This document shows, piece by piece, positions 38,998 to 52,600 of a stretch of DNA of 64,000 nt. Source of the DNA: Eledone cirrhosa (taxonomy: Eukaryota); the NCBI GenBank assembly GCA_964016885.1, contig OZ024740.1:287184001-287248000 (forward strand). Direction: 5' to 3'. Numbering within the stretch: the stretch's first letter is position 1; each line of letters begins with the position of its first letter. The translations under genes and the position numbers were made by a program. The notes under the pieces were generated by a model. The model worked only from the letters and a program-made list of their open reading frames with translations. It made no database searches and was not told where the DNA came from.

Positions 38998-39220
38998 TTA
39001 ACCCTTTTGATACCAACCTGCCTGAAACAGCCACTGGCTCTGTTACAAAAGTGCTTATTTCAATGTGTTTATATTTATCTAAAAATCTGTCATCATTTTA
39101 TGTTTGTTCCAATTTGTTATGTTATGTTCTTGATTATGTTAAATTCTTGATTATTTAAAAAATTATTTGAAAATTGAAGGTAGTGTCATTCATGAGAGAT
39201 ATAGTAATGAAAGGGTGAAA
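38998..39220. mobile_element. Degenerate second TTAA-type MITE
   Basis: TTAA|CCCTTTTGATACCA at left; decayed TAGTAATGAAAGGG-TGAA at right. Confidence 0.4.
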
Positions 39221-42200
39221 CAAAAATATTAAATCCCATCTATATTTTATGAAGGAGATAGATTTACTAAATCCCTGTGTACCACTAGTATTTTTTCGAA
39301 GATGAAGCACTGGAAAGTTTAGCAGGAAAGTTTTGTGTCATAAATTGAATTAAAACCAGTATTATTACTGGTATCCATTAAGTCAAGAAGGATGAAAGTA
39401 AAAACTTTCTGATTCTGATAAGATTTGAACTACAAAATCTTGCAGTATTTTCGATTACATCACTTTACATTCTGAATTTAAATTCCAATGAGTCAACTTT
39501 TACTTTTATCCTTCTGGAGTTAATAAAATAAAAGGATGTTGTGGGAATCACTGGCTGTTCTCTGTGTCAAGGATTCTGCTATCTTATCCACAAGGTGCAA
39601 CTGAGATATACCACATAGCTATGAGTCTAGAGTCTACTCCCCTTTTTCCATTATTTAATATTTTCCACCTCTCTTCCTGTTGATTATTTGAAATATTTAT
39701 GTAAATAAAATGAATTCTTGAATAACTAAAATAATAACAAAAATACCAGTCATGTACTGAGACTGAATTAATTAATTATACTCCTCCCCAAAATGGTCTA
39801 GCCTTGTGACAATATAGGAATTCCCTACTAACACTGTCATCTCACCAAAGACTGTCTTTGGATTTATTTGTGCCACAATCCTGAAAATAACATCTGTTAA
39901 TTCCTTTCCAAGGCCTTCATTTTTATTTTATAGTACCTAAGCATCATGGAATAAAAACATAATTATTCTGGATGTGGAGGGTTCCAATACAAACATATAC
40001 AAGTGAATGATGTCAACTATCCCAACTGACCTCCAGTATAGAACTACATAACATAAAATCTGGCTAAATTTTGTTTTCTTTACATGCCTACAACACCAAT
40101 CTCACCACCTTGCCTTCCATTTTTATGCAGTAAAACAACACCACTGTTGCCACCACCACATGCTACTAGTTTATCACTTAAAAAGCAGTAGCTGCATTAA
40201 GCAGGGATTATTTCTCAGGTCATATGGCCGTTGAGTGTTTTCCTTTGTACTTCCGGAGTTTTCCTCATATATTTTCTAAATAGTCAGCATCCCTGGCATT
40301 TGTCCAGATGATGTCTTCTGATAGAAAACTCACAGATTACCACCAACCATGAGGATGGTTAGATGTCTGAAATAGATATGACCAATGAAAGGCCTATAAA
40401 ACAAGCTGGTGCTTTCATTTAGTTCTCTCTCTCTCTCTCTCATATGGATTTTTGTTTTGTTTGCCTCACTGGCTGATTTTATTTGTTTTTGGTGCTGATG
40501 TTGTTGTTGGGGGTGGAGTTGTGGCGATAGTGGTGGCGGCAGCAATTGTGTTGGTGATGTTGCTTGTAATTAGTTGTGCTACAGAGGTTTTTCATAAAAT
40601 AAAAGAAGTAATGTTGTTGATGGTGAGATTTGTGAATGTGGAGTAAATGTTATTTAATGAAACAGCTAGTGGTAGTGTAGTGGTAATCTGGATAATATTC
40701 TTATACCTATTGATCCATTTCAAAATGCCATAGTGCAGTCAGTTTCAGTAATGTTACGATCTTTAAGACTATGATAACTTGCTGCTGCTACTGTCTATGG
40801 GTGTACCATTGAACATGCTACAGTCCGTGGCTCTAACATTAAACATGCTACTATCTGTAGCTCTACCATTGAACATGCTACAGTCCGTGGCTCTAACATT
40901 AAACATGCTACTATCTGTGGCTCTACCATTGAACGGGCTACAGTCTGTGGCTCTACCATTGAACATGCTACTATCTGTGGCTCTACCATTGAACATGCTA
41001 CTATCTGTGGCTCTACCATTAAACATGCTACTATCTGTGGCTCTACCATTAAACATGCTACTATCTGTGGCTCTACCATTGAACGGGCTACAGTCTGTGG
41101 CTCTACCATTGAACATGCTACTATCTGTGGCTCTACCATTGAATATGCTACTGTCAATGGCTCTACCATTGAACATGCTACTGTCTGTGGCTCTACCATT
41201 GAACATGCTACTATCTGTGGCTCTACCATTGAACATGCTACTATCTGTGGCTCTACCATTGAACATGCTACTGTCTGTGGCTCTACCATTGAACATGCTA
41301 CTATCTGTGGCTCTACCATTGGAGATGCTACTGTCTGTGGCTCTACCATTGAATATGGTACAGTCTGGGGCTCTACCATTGAACATGCTACTATCTGTGG
41401 CTCTACCATTGAACATGCTACTGTCTGTGGCTCTACCATTGAACATGCTACTGTCTGTGGCTCTACCATTGAACATGCTACTATCTGTGACTCTACTATT
41501 GAACATGTTACTATCTGTGGCTCTACCATTGAACATGCTACTATCTGTGACTCTACTATTGAACATGTTACTATCTGTGGCTCTACCATTAAACATGCTA
41601 CTATCTGTGGCTCTACCATTGAACATGCTACTGTCTGTGGCTCTACTATTGAACATGCTACTATCTGTGGCTCTACCATTGAACATGCTACTATCTGTGG
41701 CTCTACCATTGAACATGCTACTCTGTGGCTCTACCATTGAACATGCTACTATATGTGGCTCTACCATTGAACATGCTACTATCTGTGGCTCTACCATTGA
41801 ACATGCTACTGTCTGTGGCTCTACCATTGAACATGCTACTCTGTGGCTCTACCATTGAACATGCTACTATCTGTGGCTCTACCATTGAACATGCTACTAT
41901 CTGTGGCTCTACCATTGAACATGCTACTCTGTGGCTCTACCATTGAACGTGCTACTCTGTGGCTCTACCATTGAACGTGCTACTATCTGTGGCTCTACCA
42001 TTGAACATGCTACTATCTGTGGCTCTACCATTGAACATGCTACTCTGTGGCTCTACCATTGAACGTTCTACTCTGTGGCTCTACCATTGAACGTGCTACT
42101 ATCTGTGGCTCTACCATTGAACATGCTACAGTCTGTGGCTCTACCATTGAACATGCTACTGTCTGTGGCTCTACCATTGAACATGTTACTATCTGTGGCC

Positions 42201-44793
42201 TGTGGCTCTACCATTGAACATGCTACTATCTGTGACTCTACCATTGAACGTGCTACTGTCTGTGGCTTTACTATTGAACATGTTATTATCTGTGGTTCTA
42301 CCATTGAACATTCTAGTGTCTGTGGCTCTCCCATTAGACATACCACTGTCTGTGGCTCTACCACTGAACATGCTACTATCTGTGACCCTACCATTTAACA
42401 TGCTACTATCTTTGGCTTTACCATTGAACATGTTACTATCTGTGGCTCTACCATTGAACATGCTACTGTCAACGGTTCTACCATTGAACATGCTAATATC
42501 TGTGGCTCTACCATTGAACATGCTACTGTCAACGGTTCTACCATTGAACATGCTAATATCTGTGGCTCTACCATTGAACATGCTACTGTCAACGGTTCTA
42601 CCATTGAACATGCTAATATCTGTGGCTCTACCATTGAATATGCTACTGTCAATGGCTCTACCATTGAACATGCTACTATCTGTGGCTCTACCATTGAACA
42701 TGCTACTGTCAACGGTTCTACCATTGAACATGCTAATATCTGTGGCTCTACCGTTGAACATGCTACTGTCTGTGGCTCTACCATTAGACATACCACTGTC
42801 TGTGGCTCTACCATTGAACATGCTACTGTCAGTGGCTCTACCATTTAATATGCTACTATCTGCGGATCTACCATTGAACATGCTACAGTCTGTGGCTCTA
42901 CTATTGGAGATGCTACTAGCTGTGGCTCTACCATTGAACATGCTACTATCTGTGGCTCTACCATTGAACATGTTACTGTCTGTGGATCTACCATTGAACA
43001 TGCTACTGCCTGGCTCTACCATTGAACATGCTACTATCTGTGGCTCTACCATTGAACATGCTACTATCAGTGGCTCTACCATTCAACATGCTACTGTCTG
43101 TGGCTCTACCATTTAATATGCTACAATCTGTGGCTCTACCATTTAATATGCTACTGTCTGTGGCTCTACTATTGCACATGTTACTGTCTGTGACTCTACA
43201 ATTGAACATGCTACTATCTGTGGTTCTACGATTGAACATGCTACTATCTGTGGCTCTACTATTGAACATGTTATTATCTGTGGCTCTACCATTGAACTTG
43301 CTAATATCTGTGGCCTGTGGCTCTACTATTGAACATGCTACTGTCTGTGGCTCTACCATTAGACATACCACCGTCTGTGGCTCTACCATTGAACATGTTA
43401 CTATCTGTGGCTCTACCATTGAACATGCTACTGTCTGTGGCACTACCATTGAACATGCTACTGTCTGTGGCTCTACCATTGAACATGCTACTGTCTGTGG
43501 CTCTACTATTGAACATGTTACTATCTGTAGCTCTACTATTGAACATGCTACTATCTGTGGCTCTACCATTGAACATGCTACTATCTGTGGCTCTACCATT
43601 GAACATGCTACTATCTGTGGCCTGTGGCTCTACCATTGAACATGCTACTATCTGTGACCTGTGGCTCTACCATTGAAAATACTATTATCTGTGGCCTGTG
43701 GCTCTACCATTGAACATGCTACTATCTGTGACTCTACTATTGAACATGCTACTATCTGTGACTCTACTATTGAACATGCTACTATCTGTGGGTCTACCAT
43801 TGAACATGCTACTGTATGTGGCTCTACTATTGAACATGTTACTATCTGTAGCTCTACTATTGAACATGCTACTATCTGTGGCTCTACCATTGAACATGCT
43901 ACTATCTGTGGCTCTACCATTGAACATGCTACTATCTGTGGCCTGTGGCTCTACCATTGAACATGCTACTATCTGTGGCCTGTGGCTCTACCATTGAAAA
44001 TACTATTATCTGTGGCCTGTGGCTCTACCATTGAACATGCTACTATCTGTGACTCTACTATTGAACATGCTACTATCTGTGACTCTACTATTGAACATGC
44101 TACTATCTGTGGGTCTACCATTGAACATGCTACTGTATGTGGCTCTACTATTGAACATGTTACTATCTGTGGCTCTACCATTGAACATGCCACTGTCTGT
44201 GGCTCTACCATTGAACATGCTACTATCTGTGACTCTACTATTGAACATGCTACTATCTGTGACTCTACTATTGAACATGCTACTATCTGTGGGTCTACCA
44301 TTGAACATGCCACTGTCTGTGGCTCTACCATTGAACATGCTACTATCTGTGACTCTACTATTGAACATGCTACAGTCTGTGGCTCAACCATTGAACATGC
44401 TACTATCTGTGGCTCTACCATTGAACATGCTACTGTCTGTGGCTCTACCATTGAACATGTTACTGTCTGTGGCTCTACCATTGCACATGCTGCTGTCTGT
44501 GGCTCTACTATTGAGCATGCTACTATCTGTGGGTCTACCATTGAACATGCTACAGTCTGTGGCTCTATCATTGAACATGCTACTGTCTGTGGCTCTATCA
44601 TTGAACATGCTACTGTCTGTGGCTCTACCATTGAACATGTTACTGTAAGTGGCTCTACCATTGAACATGCTACTATCTGTGGCTCTATCATTGAACATGC
44701 TACTGCTAATGGCTCTACCATTGAACATGCTACTATCTGTGGCTCTACGATTGAACATGCTGCTGTCAGTGGCTCTACCATTGAACATGCTAC

Positions 44794-45238
44794 TGTAGTA
44801 AGACGCCTCACGCCCCCTGCCAGGATAATAGAACAACCCTAGTTATCTCCCGCTGGTTGAGAATACGAGAAGTAAACAGACAGCCACTAGAAAGCAGACT
44901 AATCACACGCCAGAAAACAGCCTCTGTACCACGCCACAGAAAGCAGCCAAGGGAACAGCAAACAACAAACCCCACAATACTTTTGTAATGGTAATACGTT
45001 CCTTTCACCACAACTGACCACGTCAACATTTGGTACGTTCCATTTGTGGTATAAATAACCATCACCATTATTTACAATTGTTGAATTTAACTCTCGTTGT
45101 GGTCATTGTCTTGTTTGCGCACACACTCACTCACTTTGTTATAATTCTCACAAACACAAAATGGTAAATAGACGAGGGACCTTCCCTCACGTCTATGTCA
45201 ATGAACTATTCAACTAGGATACATTTCATTTTACCACA
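44794..45238 (+). mobile_element. 445-bp solo LTR, copy 1
   Basis: TGTAGTAA...TTACCACA inverted termini (7/8); 4-bp TSD CTAC at 44790-44793 and 45239-45242 splitting a satellite unit; TATAAATA at 45050-45057 (basis for strand). Confidence 0.85.
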
Positions 45239-48200
45239 CTACTGTCTATGGCTTTACCATTGAACATGCTACTGTCTGTGGCTCTACCATTGAACATGTT
45301 ACTATCTGTGGCTCTACCATTGAACATGTTACTGTCTGTGGCTCTACCATTGAACATACTACTGTCTTTGGCTCTACCATTGAACATGTTACTATCTGTG
45401 GCTCTACCATTGAACATGCTACTATCTGTGGCTTTACCATTGAACATGTTATTGTAAGTGGTCTACCATTGAATATGCTACTGTCTGTGGCTCTACCATT
45501 GAACATGCTACTATCTGTGGCTCTACCATTGAACATGCTACTATCTGTGGCTCTACCATTGAACATGCTACTATCTGTGGCTCTACCATTGAACATGCTA
45601 CTATCTGTGGCTCTACCATTGAACATGCCACTGTCTGTGGCTCTACCATTGAACATGCTACTATCTGTGGCTCTACCATTGAACATGCTACTATCTGTGG
45701 CTCTACCATTGAACATGCTACTATCTGTGGCTCTACCATTGAACATGCTACTATCTGTGGCTCTACCATTGAACATGCCACTGTCTGTGGCTCTACCATT
45801 GAACATGCTACTATCTGTGGCTCTACCATTGAACATGCTACTATCTGTGACTCTACCATTGAACATGCTACTATCTGTGGCTCTACCATTGAACATGCTA
45901 CTATCTGTGGCTCTACCATTGTACATGCTACTATCTGTGGCTCTACTATTGAACATGCTACTATCTGTGGCTCTACCACTGAACATGCTACTATCTGTGG
46001 CTCTACCATTGAACATGCTACTGTCTGTGGCTCTACCATTGAACATGCTACTGTCTGTGGCTCTACCATTGAACATGCTACTATCTGTGGCTCTACCATT
46101 GAACATGCTACTATCTGTGGCTCTACCATTGAACATGCTACTGTCTGTGGCTCTACCATTGAATATGCTACTGTCTGTGGCTCTACCATTGAACATGCTA
46201 CTCTGTGGCTCTACCATTGAACATGCTACTATATGTGGCTCTACCATTGAACATGCTACTATCTGTGGCTCTACCATTGAACATGCTACTGTCTGTGGCT
46301 CTACCATTGAACATGCTACTCTGTGGCTCTACCATTGAACATGCTACTATCTGTGGCTCTACCATTGAACATGCTACTATCTGTGGCTCTACCATTGAAC
46401 ATGCTACTCTGTGGCTCTACCATTGAACGTGCTACTCTGTGGCTCTACCATTGAACGTGCTACTATCTGTGGCTCTACCATTGAACATGCTACTATCTGT
46501 GGCTCTACCATTGAACATGCTACTCTGTGGCTCTACCATTGAACGTTCTACTCTGTGGCTCTACCATTGAACGTGCTACTATCTGTGGCTCTACCATTGA
46601 ACATGCTACAGTCTGTGGCTCTACCATTGAACATGCTACTGTCTGTGGCTCTACCATTGAACATGTTACTATCTGTGGCCTGTGGCTCTACCATTGAACA
46701 TGCTACTATCTGTGACTCTACCATTGAACGTGCTACTGTCTGTGGCTTTACTATTGAACATGTTATTATCTGTGGTTCTACCATTGAACATTCTAGTGTC
46801 TGTGGCTCTCCCATTAGACATACCACTGTCTGTGGCTCTACCACTGAACATGCTACTATCTGTGACCCTACCATTTAACATGCTACTATCTTTGGCTTTA
46901 CCATTGAACATGTTACTATCTGTGGCTCTACCATTGAACATGCTACTGTCAACGGTTCTACCATTGAACATGCTAATATCTGTGGCTCTACCATTGAACA
47001 TGCTACTGTCAACGGTTCTACCATTGAACATGCTAATATCTGTGGCTCTACCATTGAACATGCTACTGTCAACGGTTCTACCATTGAACATGCTAATATC
47101 TGTGGCTCTACCATTGAATATGCTACTGTCAATGGCTCTACCATTGAACATGCTACTATCTGTGGCTCTACCATTGAACATGCTACTGTCAACGGTTCTA
47201 CCATTGAACATGCTAATATCTGTGGCTCTACCGTTGAACATACTACTGTCTGTGGCTCTACCATTAGACATACCACTGTCTGTGGCTCTACCATTGAACA
47301 TGCTACTGTCAGTGGCTCTACCATTTAATATGCTACTATCTGCGGATCTACCATTGAACATGCTACAGTCTGTGGCTCTACTATTGGAGATGCTACTAGC
47401 TGTGGCTCTACCATTGAACATGCTACTATCTGTGGCTCTACCATTGAACATGTTACTGTCTGTGGATCTACCATTGAACATGCTACTGTCTGGCTCTACC
47501 ATTGAACATGCTACTATCAGTGGCTCTACCATTCAACATGCTACTGTCTGTGGCTCTACCATTTAATATGCTACAATCTGTGGCTCTACCATTTAATATG
47601 CTACTGTCTGTGGCTCTACTATTGCACATGTTACTGTCTGTGACTCTACAATTGAACATGCTACTATCTGTGGTTCTACGATTGAACATGCTACTATCTG
47701 TGGCTCTACTATTGAACATGTTATTATCTGTGGCTCTACCATTGAACTTGCTAATATCTGTGGCCTGTGGCTCTACTATTGAACATGCTACTGTCTGTGG
47801 CTCTACCATTAGACATACCACCGTCTGTGGCTCTACCATTGAACATGTTACTATCTGTGGCTCTACCATTGAACATGCTACTGTCTGTGGCACTACCATT
47901 GAACATGCTACTGTCTGTGGCTCTACCATTGAACATGCTACTGTCTGTGGCTCTACTATTGAACATGTTACTATCTGTAGCTCTACTATTGAACATGCTA
48001 CTATCTGTGGCTCTACCATTGAACATGCTACTATCTGTGGCTCTACCATTGAACATGCTACTATCTGTGGCCTGTGGCTCTACCATTGAACATGCTACTA
48101 TCTGTGACCTGTGGCTCTACCATTGAAAATACTATTATCTGTGGCCTGTGGCTCTACCATTGAACATGCTACTATCTGTGACTCTACTATTGAACATGCT

Positions 48201-49243
48201 ACTATCTGTGACTCTACTATTGAACATGCTACTATCTGTGGGTCTACCATTGAACATGCTACTGTATGTGGCTCTACTATTGAACATGTTACTATCTGTA
48301 GCTCTACTATTGAACATGCTACTATCTGTGGCTCTACCATTGAACATGCTACTATCTGTGGCTCTACCATTGAACATGCTACTATCTGTGGCCTGTGGCT
48401 CTACCATTGAACATGCTACTATCTGTGGCCTGTGGCTCTACCATTGAAAATACTATTATCTGTGGCCTGTGGCTCTACCATTGAACATGCTACTATCTGT
48501 GACTCTACTATTGAACATGCTACTATCTGTGACTCTACTATTGAACATGCTACTATCTGTGGGTCTACCATTGAACATGCTACTGTATGTGGCTCTACTA
48601 TTGAACATGTTACTATCTGTGGCTCTACCATTGAACATGCCACTGTCTGTGGCTCTACCATTGAACATGCTACTATCTGTGACTCTACTATTGAACATGC
48701 TACTATCTGTGACTCTACTATTGAACATGCTACTATCTGTGGGTCTACCATTGAACATGCCACTGTCTGTGGCTCTACCATTGAACATGCTACTATCTGT
48801 GACTCTACTATTGAACATGCTACAGTCTGTGGCTCAACCATTGAACATGCTACTATCTGTGGCTCTACCATTGAACATGCTACTGTCTGTGGCTCTACCA
48901 TTGAACATGTTACTGTCTGTGGCTCTACCATTGCACATGCTGCTGTCTGTGGCTCTACTATTGAGCATGCTACTATCTGTGGGTCTACCATTGAACATGC
49001 TACAGTCTGTGGCTCTATCATTGAACATGCTACTGTCTGTGGCTCTATCATTGAACATGCTACTGTCTGTGGCTCTACCATTGAACATGTTACTGTAAGT
49101 GGCTCTACCATTGAACATGCTACTATCTGTGGCTCTATCATTGAACATGCTACTGCTAATGGCTCTACCATTGAACATGCTACTATCTGTGGCTCTACGA
49201 TTGAACATGCTGCTGTCAGTGGCTCTACCATTGAACATGCTAC

Positions 49244-49688
49244 TGTAGTAAGACGCCTCACGCCCCCTGCCAGGATAATAGAACAACCCTAGTTATCTCC
49301 CGCTGGTTGAGAATACGAGAAGTAAACAGACAGCCACTAGAAAGCAGACTAATCACACGCCAGAAAACAGCCTCTGTACCACGCCACAGAAAGCAGCCAA
49401 GGGAACAGCAAACAACAAACCCCACAATACTTTTGTAATGGTAATACGTTCCTTTCACCACAACTGACCACGTCAACATTTGGTACGTTCCATTTGTGGT
49501 ATAAATAACCATCACCATTATTTACAATTGTTGAATTTAACTCTCGTTGTGGTCATTGTCTTGTTTGCGCACACACTCACTCACTTTGTTATAATTCTCA
49601 CAAACACAAAATGGTAAATAGACGAGGGACCTTCCCTCACGTCTATGTCAATGAACTATTCAACTAGGATACATTTCATTTTACCACA
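49244..49688 (+). mobile_element. 445-bp solo LTR, copy 2 (4450 bp downstream)
   Basis: Appears identical to copy 1, including the CTAC TSDs and flanking satellite variants. Confidence 0.85.
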
Positions 49689-52600
49689 CTACTGTCTATG
49701 GCTTTACCATTGAACATGCTACTGTCTGTGGCTCTACCATTGAACATGTTACTATCTGTGGCTCTACCATTGAACATGTTACTGTCTGTGGCTCTACCAT
49801 TGAACATGCTACTGTCTTTGGCTCTACCATTGAACATGTTACTATCTGTGGCTCTACCATTGAACATGCTACTATCTGTGGCTTTACCATTGAACATGTT
49901 ATTGTAAGTGGTCTACCATTGAATATGCTACTGTCTGTGGCTCTACCATTGAACATGCTACTATCTGTGGCTCTACCATTGAACATGCTACTATCTGTGG
50001 CTCTACCATTGAACATGCTACTATCTGTGGCTCTACCATTGAACATGCTACTATCTGTGGCTCTACCATTGAACATGCCACTGTCTGTGGCTCTACCATT
50101 GAACATGCTACTATCTGTGGCTCTACCATTGAACATGCTACTATCTGTGGCTCTACCATTGAACATGCTACTATCTGTGGCTCTACCATTGAACATGCTA
50201 CTATCTGTGGCTCTACCATTGAACATGCCACTGTCTGTGGCTCTACCATTGAACATGCTACTATCTGTGGCTCTACCATTGAACATGCTACTATCTGTGA
50301 CTCTACCATTGAACATGCTACTATCTGTGGCTCTACCATTGAACATGCTACTATCTGTGGCTCTACCACTGAACATGCTACTATCTGTGGCTCTACCATT
50401 GAACATGCTACTGTCTGTGGCTCTACCATTGAACATGCTACTGTCTGTGGCTCTACCATTGAACATGCTACTATCTGTGGCTCTACCATTGAACATGCTA
50501 CTATCTGTGGCTCTACCATTGAACATGCTACTGTCTGTGGCTCTACCATTGAATATGCTACTGTCTGTGGCTCTACCATTGAACATGCTACTATCTGTGG
50601 CTTTACCATTGAACATGCCACTGTCTGTGGCACTACCATTAAACATGCTACTATCTGTGGCTCTACCATTGAACATGTTACTATCTGTGGCTCTACCATT
50701 GAACATGCTACTATCTGTGGCTCTACCATTGGAGATGCTACTATCAGTGGCTCTACCGTTGAACATGCTACTATCAGTGGCTCTACCATTGAACATGCTA
50801 CTATCAGTGGCTCTACCGTTGAACATGCTACTATTTGTGGCTCTATTATGGAACATGCTACTATCTGTGGCTCTACCATTGAACATGCTACTATTTGTAG
50901 CTCTACCATTGAACATGCTACTATCTGTGGCTCTACCATTGAACATGTTACTATCTTTGGCTCTACTATTGAATATGCTACTATCTGTGGCTCTACCATT
51001 GAACATGTTACTATGTGTGGCTCTACCATTGAACATGCTACTATATATGGCTCTACCATTGACCATGCTACTATCTGTGGCTCTACTATTGAACATGCTA
51101 CTATCTGTGGCTCTACCATTCAACATGCTACTATCTGTGGCTCTACCATTGCACATGCTACTGTCTGTGGCTCTACCATTGACCATGCTACTATCTGTGG
51201 CTCTACCATTGACCATGCTACTATCTGTGGCTCTACCATTGAACATGCTACTATCTGAGGCTCTATTATTTAACATGCTACTGTCTGTGACTCTACTATT
51301 GAACATGCTACTGTCTGTGGCTCTACTATTGAACATGCTACTGTCTGTGGCTCTACTATTGAACATGCTACTATCTGTGGCTCTACCATTGAACATGCTA
51401 CTATCTGTGACTCTACTATTGAACATGCTACTGTCTGTGGCTCTACTATTGAACATGCTACTATCTGTGACTCTACGATTGAACATTCTACTATCTGTGG
51501 CTCTACCATTGAACATGTTACTATCTGTGGCTCTACTATTGAACATGCTACTATCTGTGGCTCTACCATTGTATATGCTACTATCTGTGGCTCTACCATT
51601 GAACATGCTACTGTATGTGGCTCTACTATTGAACATGCTACTGTCTGTGGATCTAACATTGAACATGCTACTGTCTGTGGCTCTACCATTGAACATGTTA
51701 CTATCTGTGGCTCTACCATTGAACATGCTACTGTCTGTGGCTCTACCATTGAACATGCTACAGTCTGGGGCTCTATTATTGAACATGTTACTATCTTTGG
51801 CTCTGCCAAGGAACATGCTACTATCTGTGGCTCTACCATTGAACATGCTACTATCTGTGGCTCTACTATTGAACATGCTACTATCTGTGGCTCTACCATT
51901 GAACATGCTACTGTCTGTGGTTCTACCATTGAACATGCTATTATCTGTGGCTCTACCATTGAACATGCTACTATCTGTGGCTCTACCATTGAACATGCTA
52001 CTGTCTGTGGCTCTACCATTGAACATGTTACTATCTGTGGCTCTACCATTGAACATGCTACTATCTGTGGCTCTACCATTGAACATGCTACTGTCTGTGG
52101 CTCTGCCATTAGACATACCACTGTCTGTGGCTCTACCATTGAACATGTTACTGTCTGTGACTCTACAATTGAACATGCTACTATCTGTGGCTCTACCATT
52201 GAACATGCTACTATCTGTGGTTCTACGATTGAACATGCTACTATCTGTGGCTCTACTATTGAACATGTTATTATCTGTGGCTCTACCATTGAACTTGCTA
52301 ATATCTGTGGCCTGTGGCTCTACTATTGAACATGCTACTGTCTGTGGCTCTACCATTAGACATACCACTGTCTGTGGCTCTACCATTGAACATGTTACTA
52401 TCTGTGGCTCTACCATTGAACATGCTACTGTCTGTGGCACTACCATTGAACATGCTACTGTCTGTGGCACTACCATTGTACATGCTACTGTCTGTGGCTC
52501 TACTATTGAACATGTTACTATCTGTAGCTCTACTATTGAACATACTCCTATCTTTGGCTCTACTATTGAACATGCTACTATCAGTGGCTCTACCATTGAA

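Noticed and set aside
40219-40283. Candidate phase-1 exon 4 of the LRR gene after TTTCTCAG
   Set aside because: Hits TAG after about 20 codons, has no recognisable motif, and the sequence looks repeat-derived.
44794-49688. One LTR retroelement (LARD/TRIM) with two LTRs enclosing 4 kb of satellite
   Set aside because: Each copy has its own CTAC TSD on both sides and the same satellite flanks, and there is no PBS or PPT; block duplication of a solo LTR explains it better.
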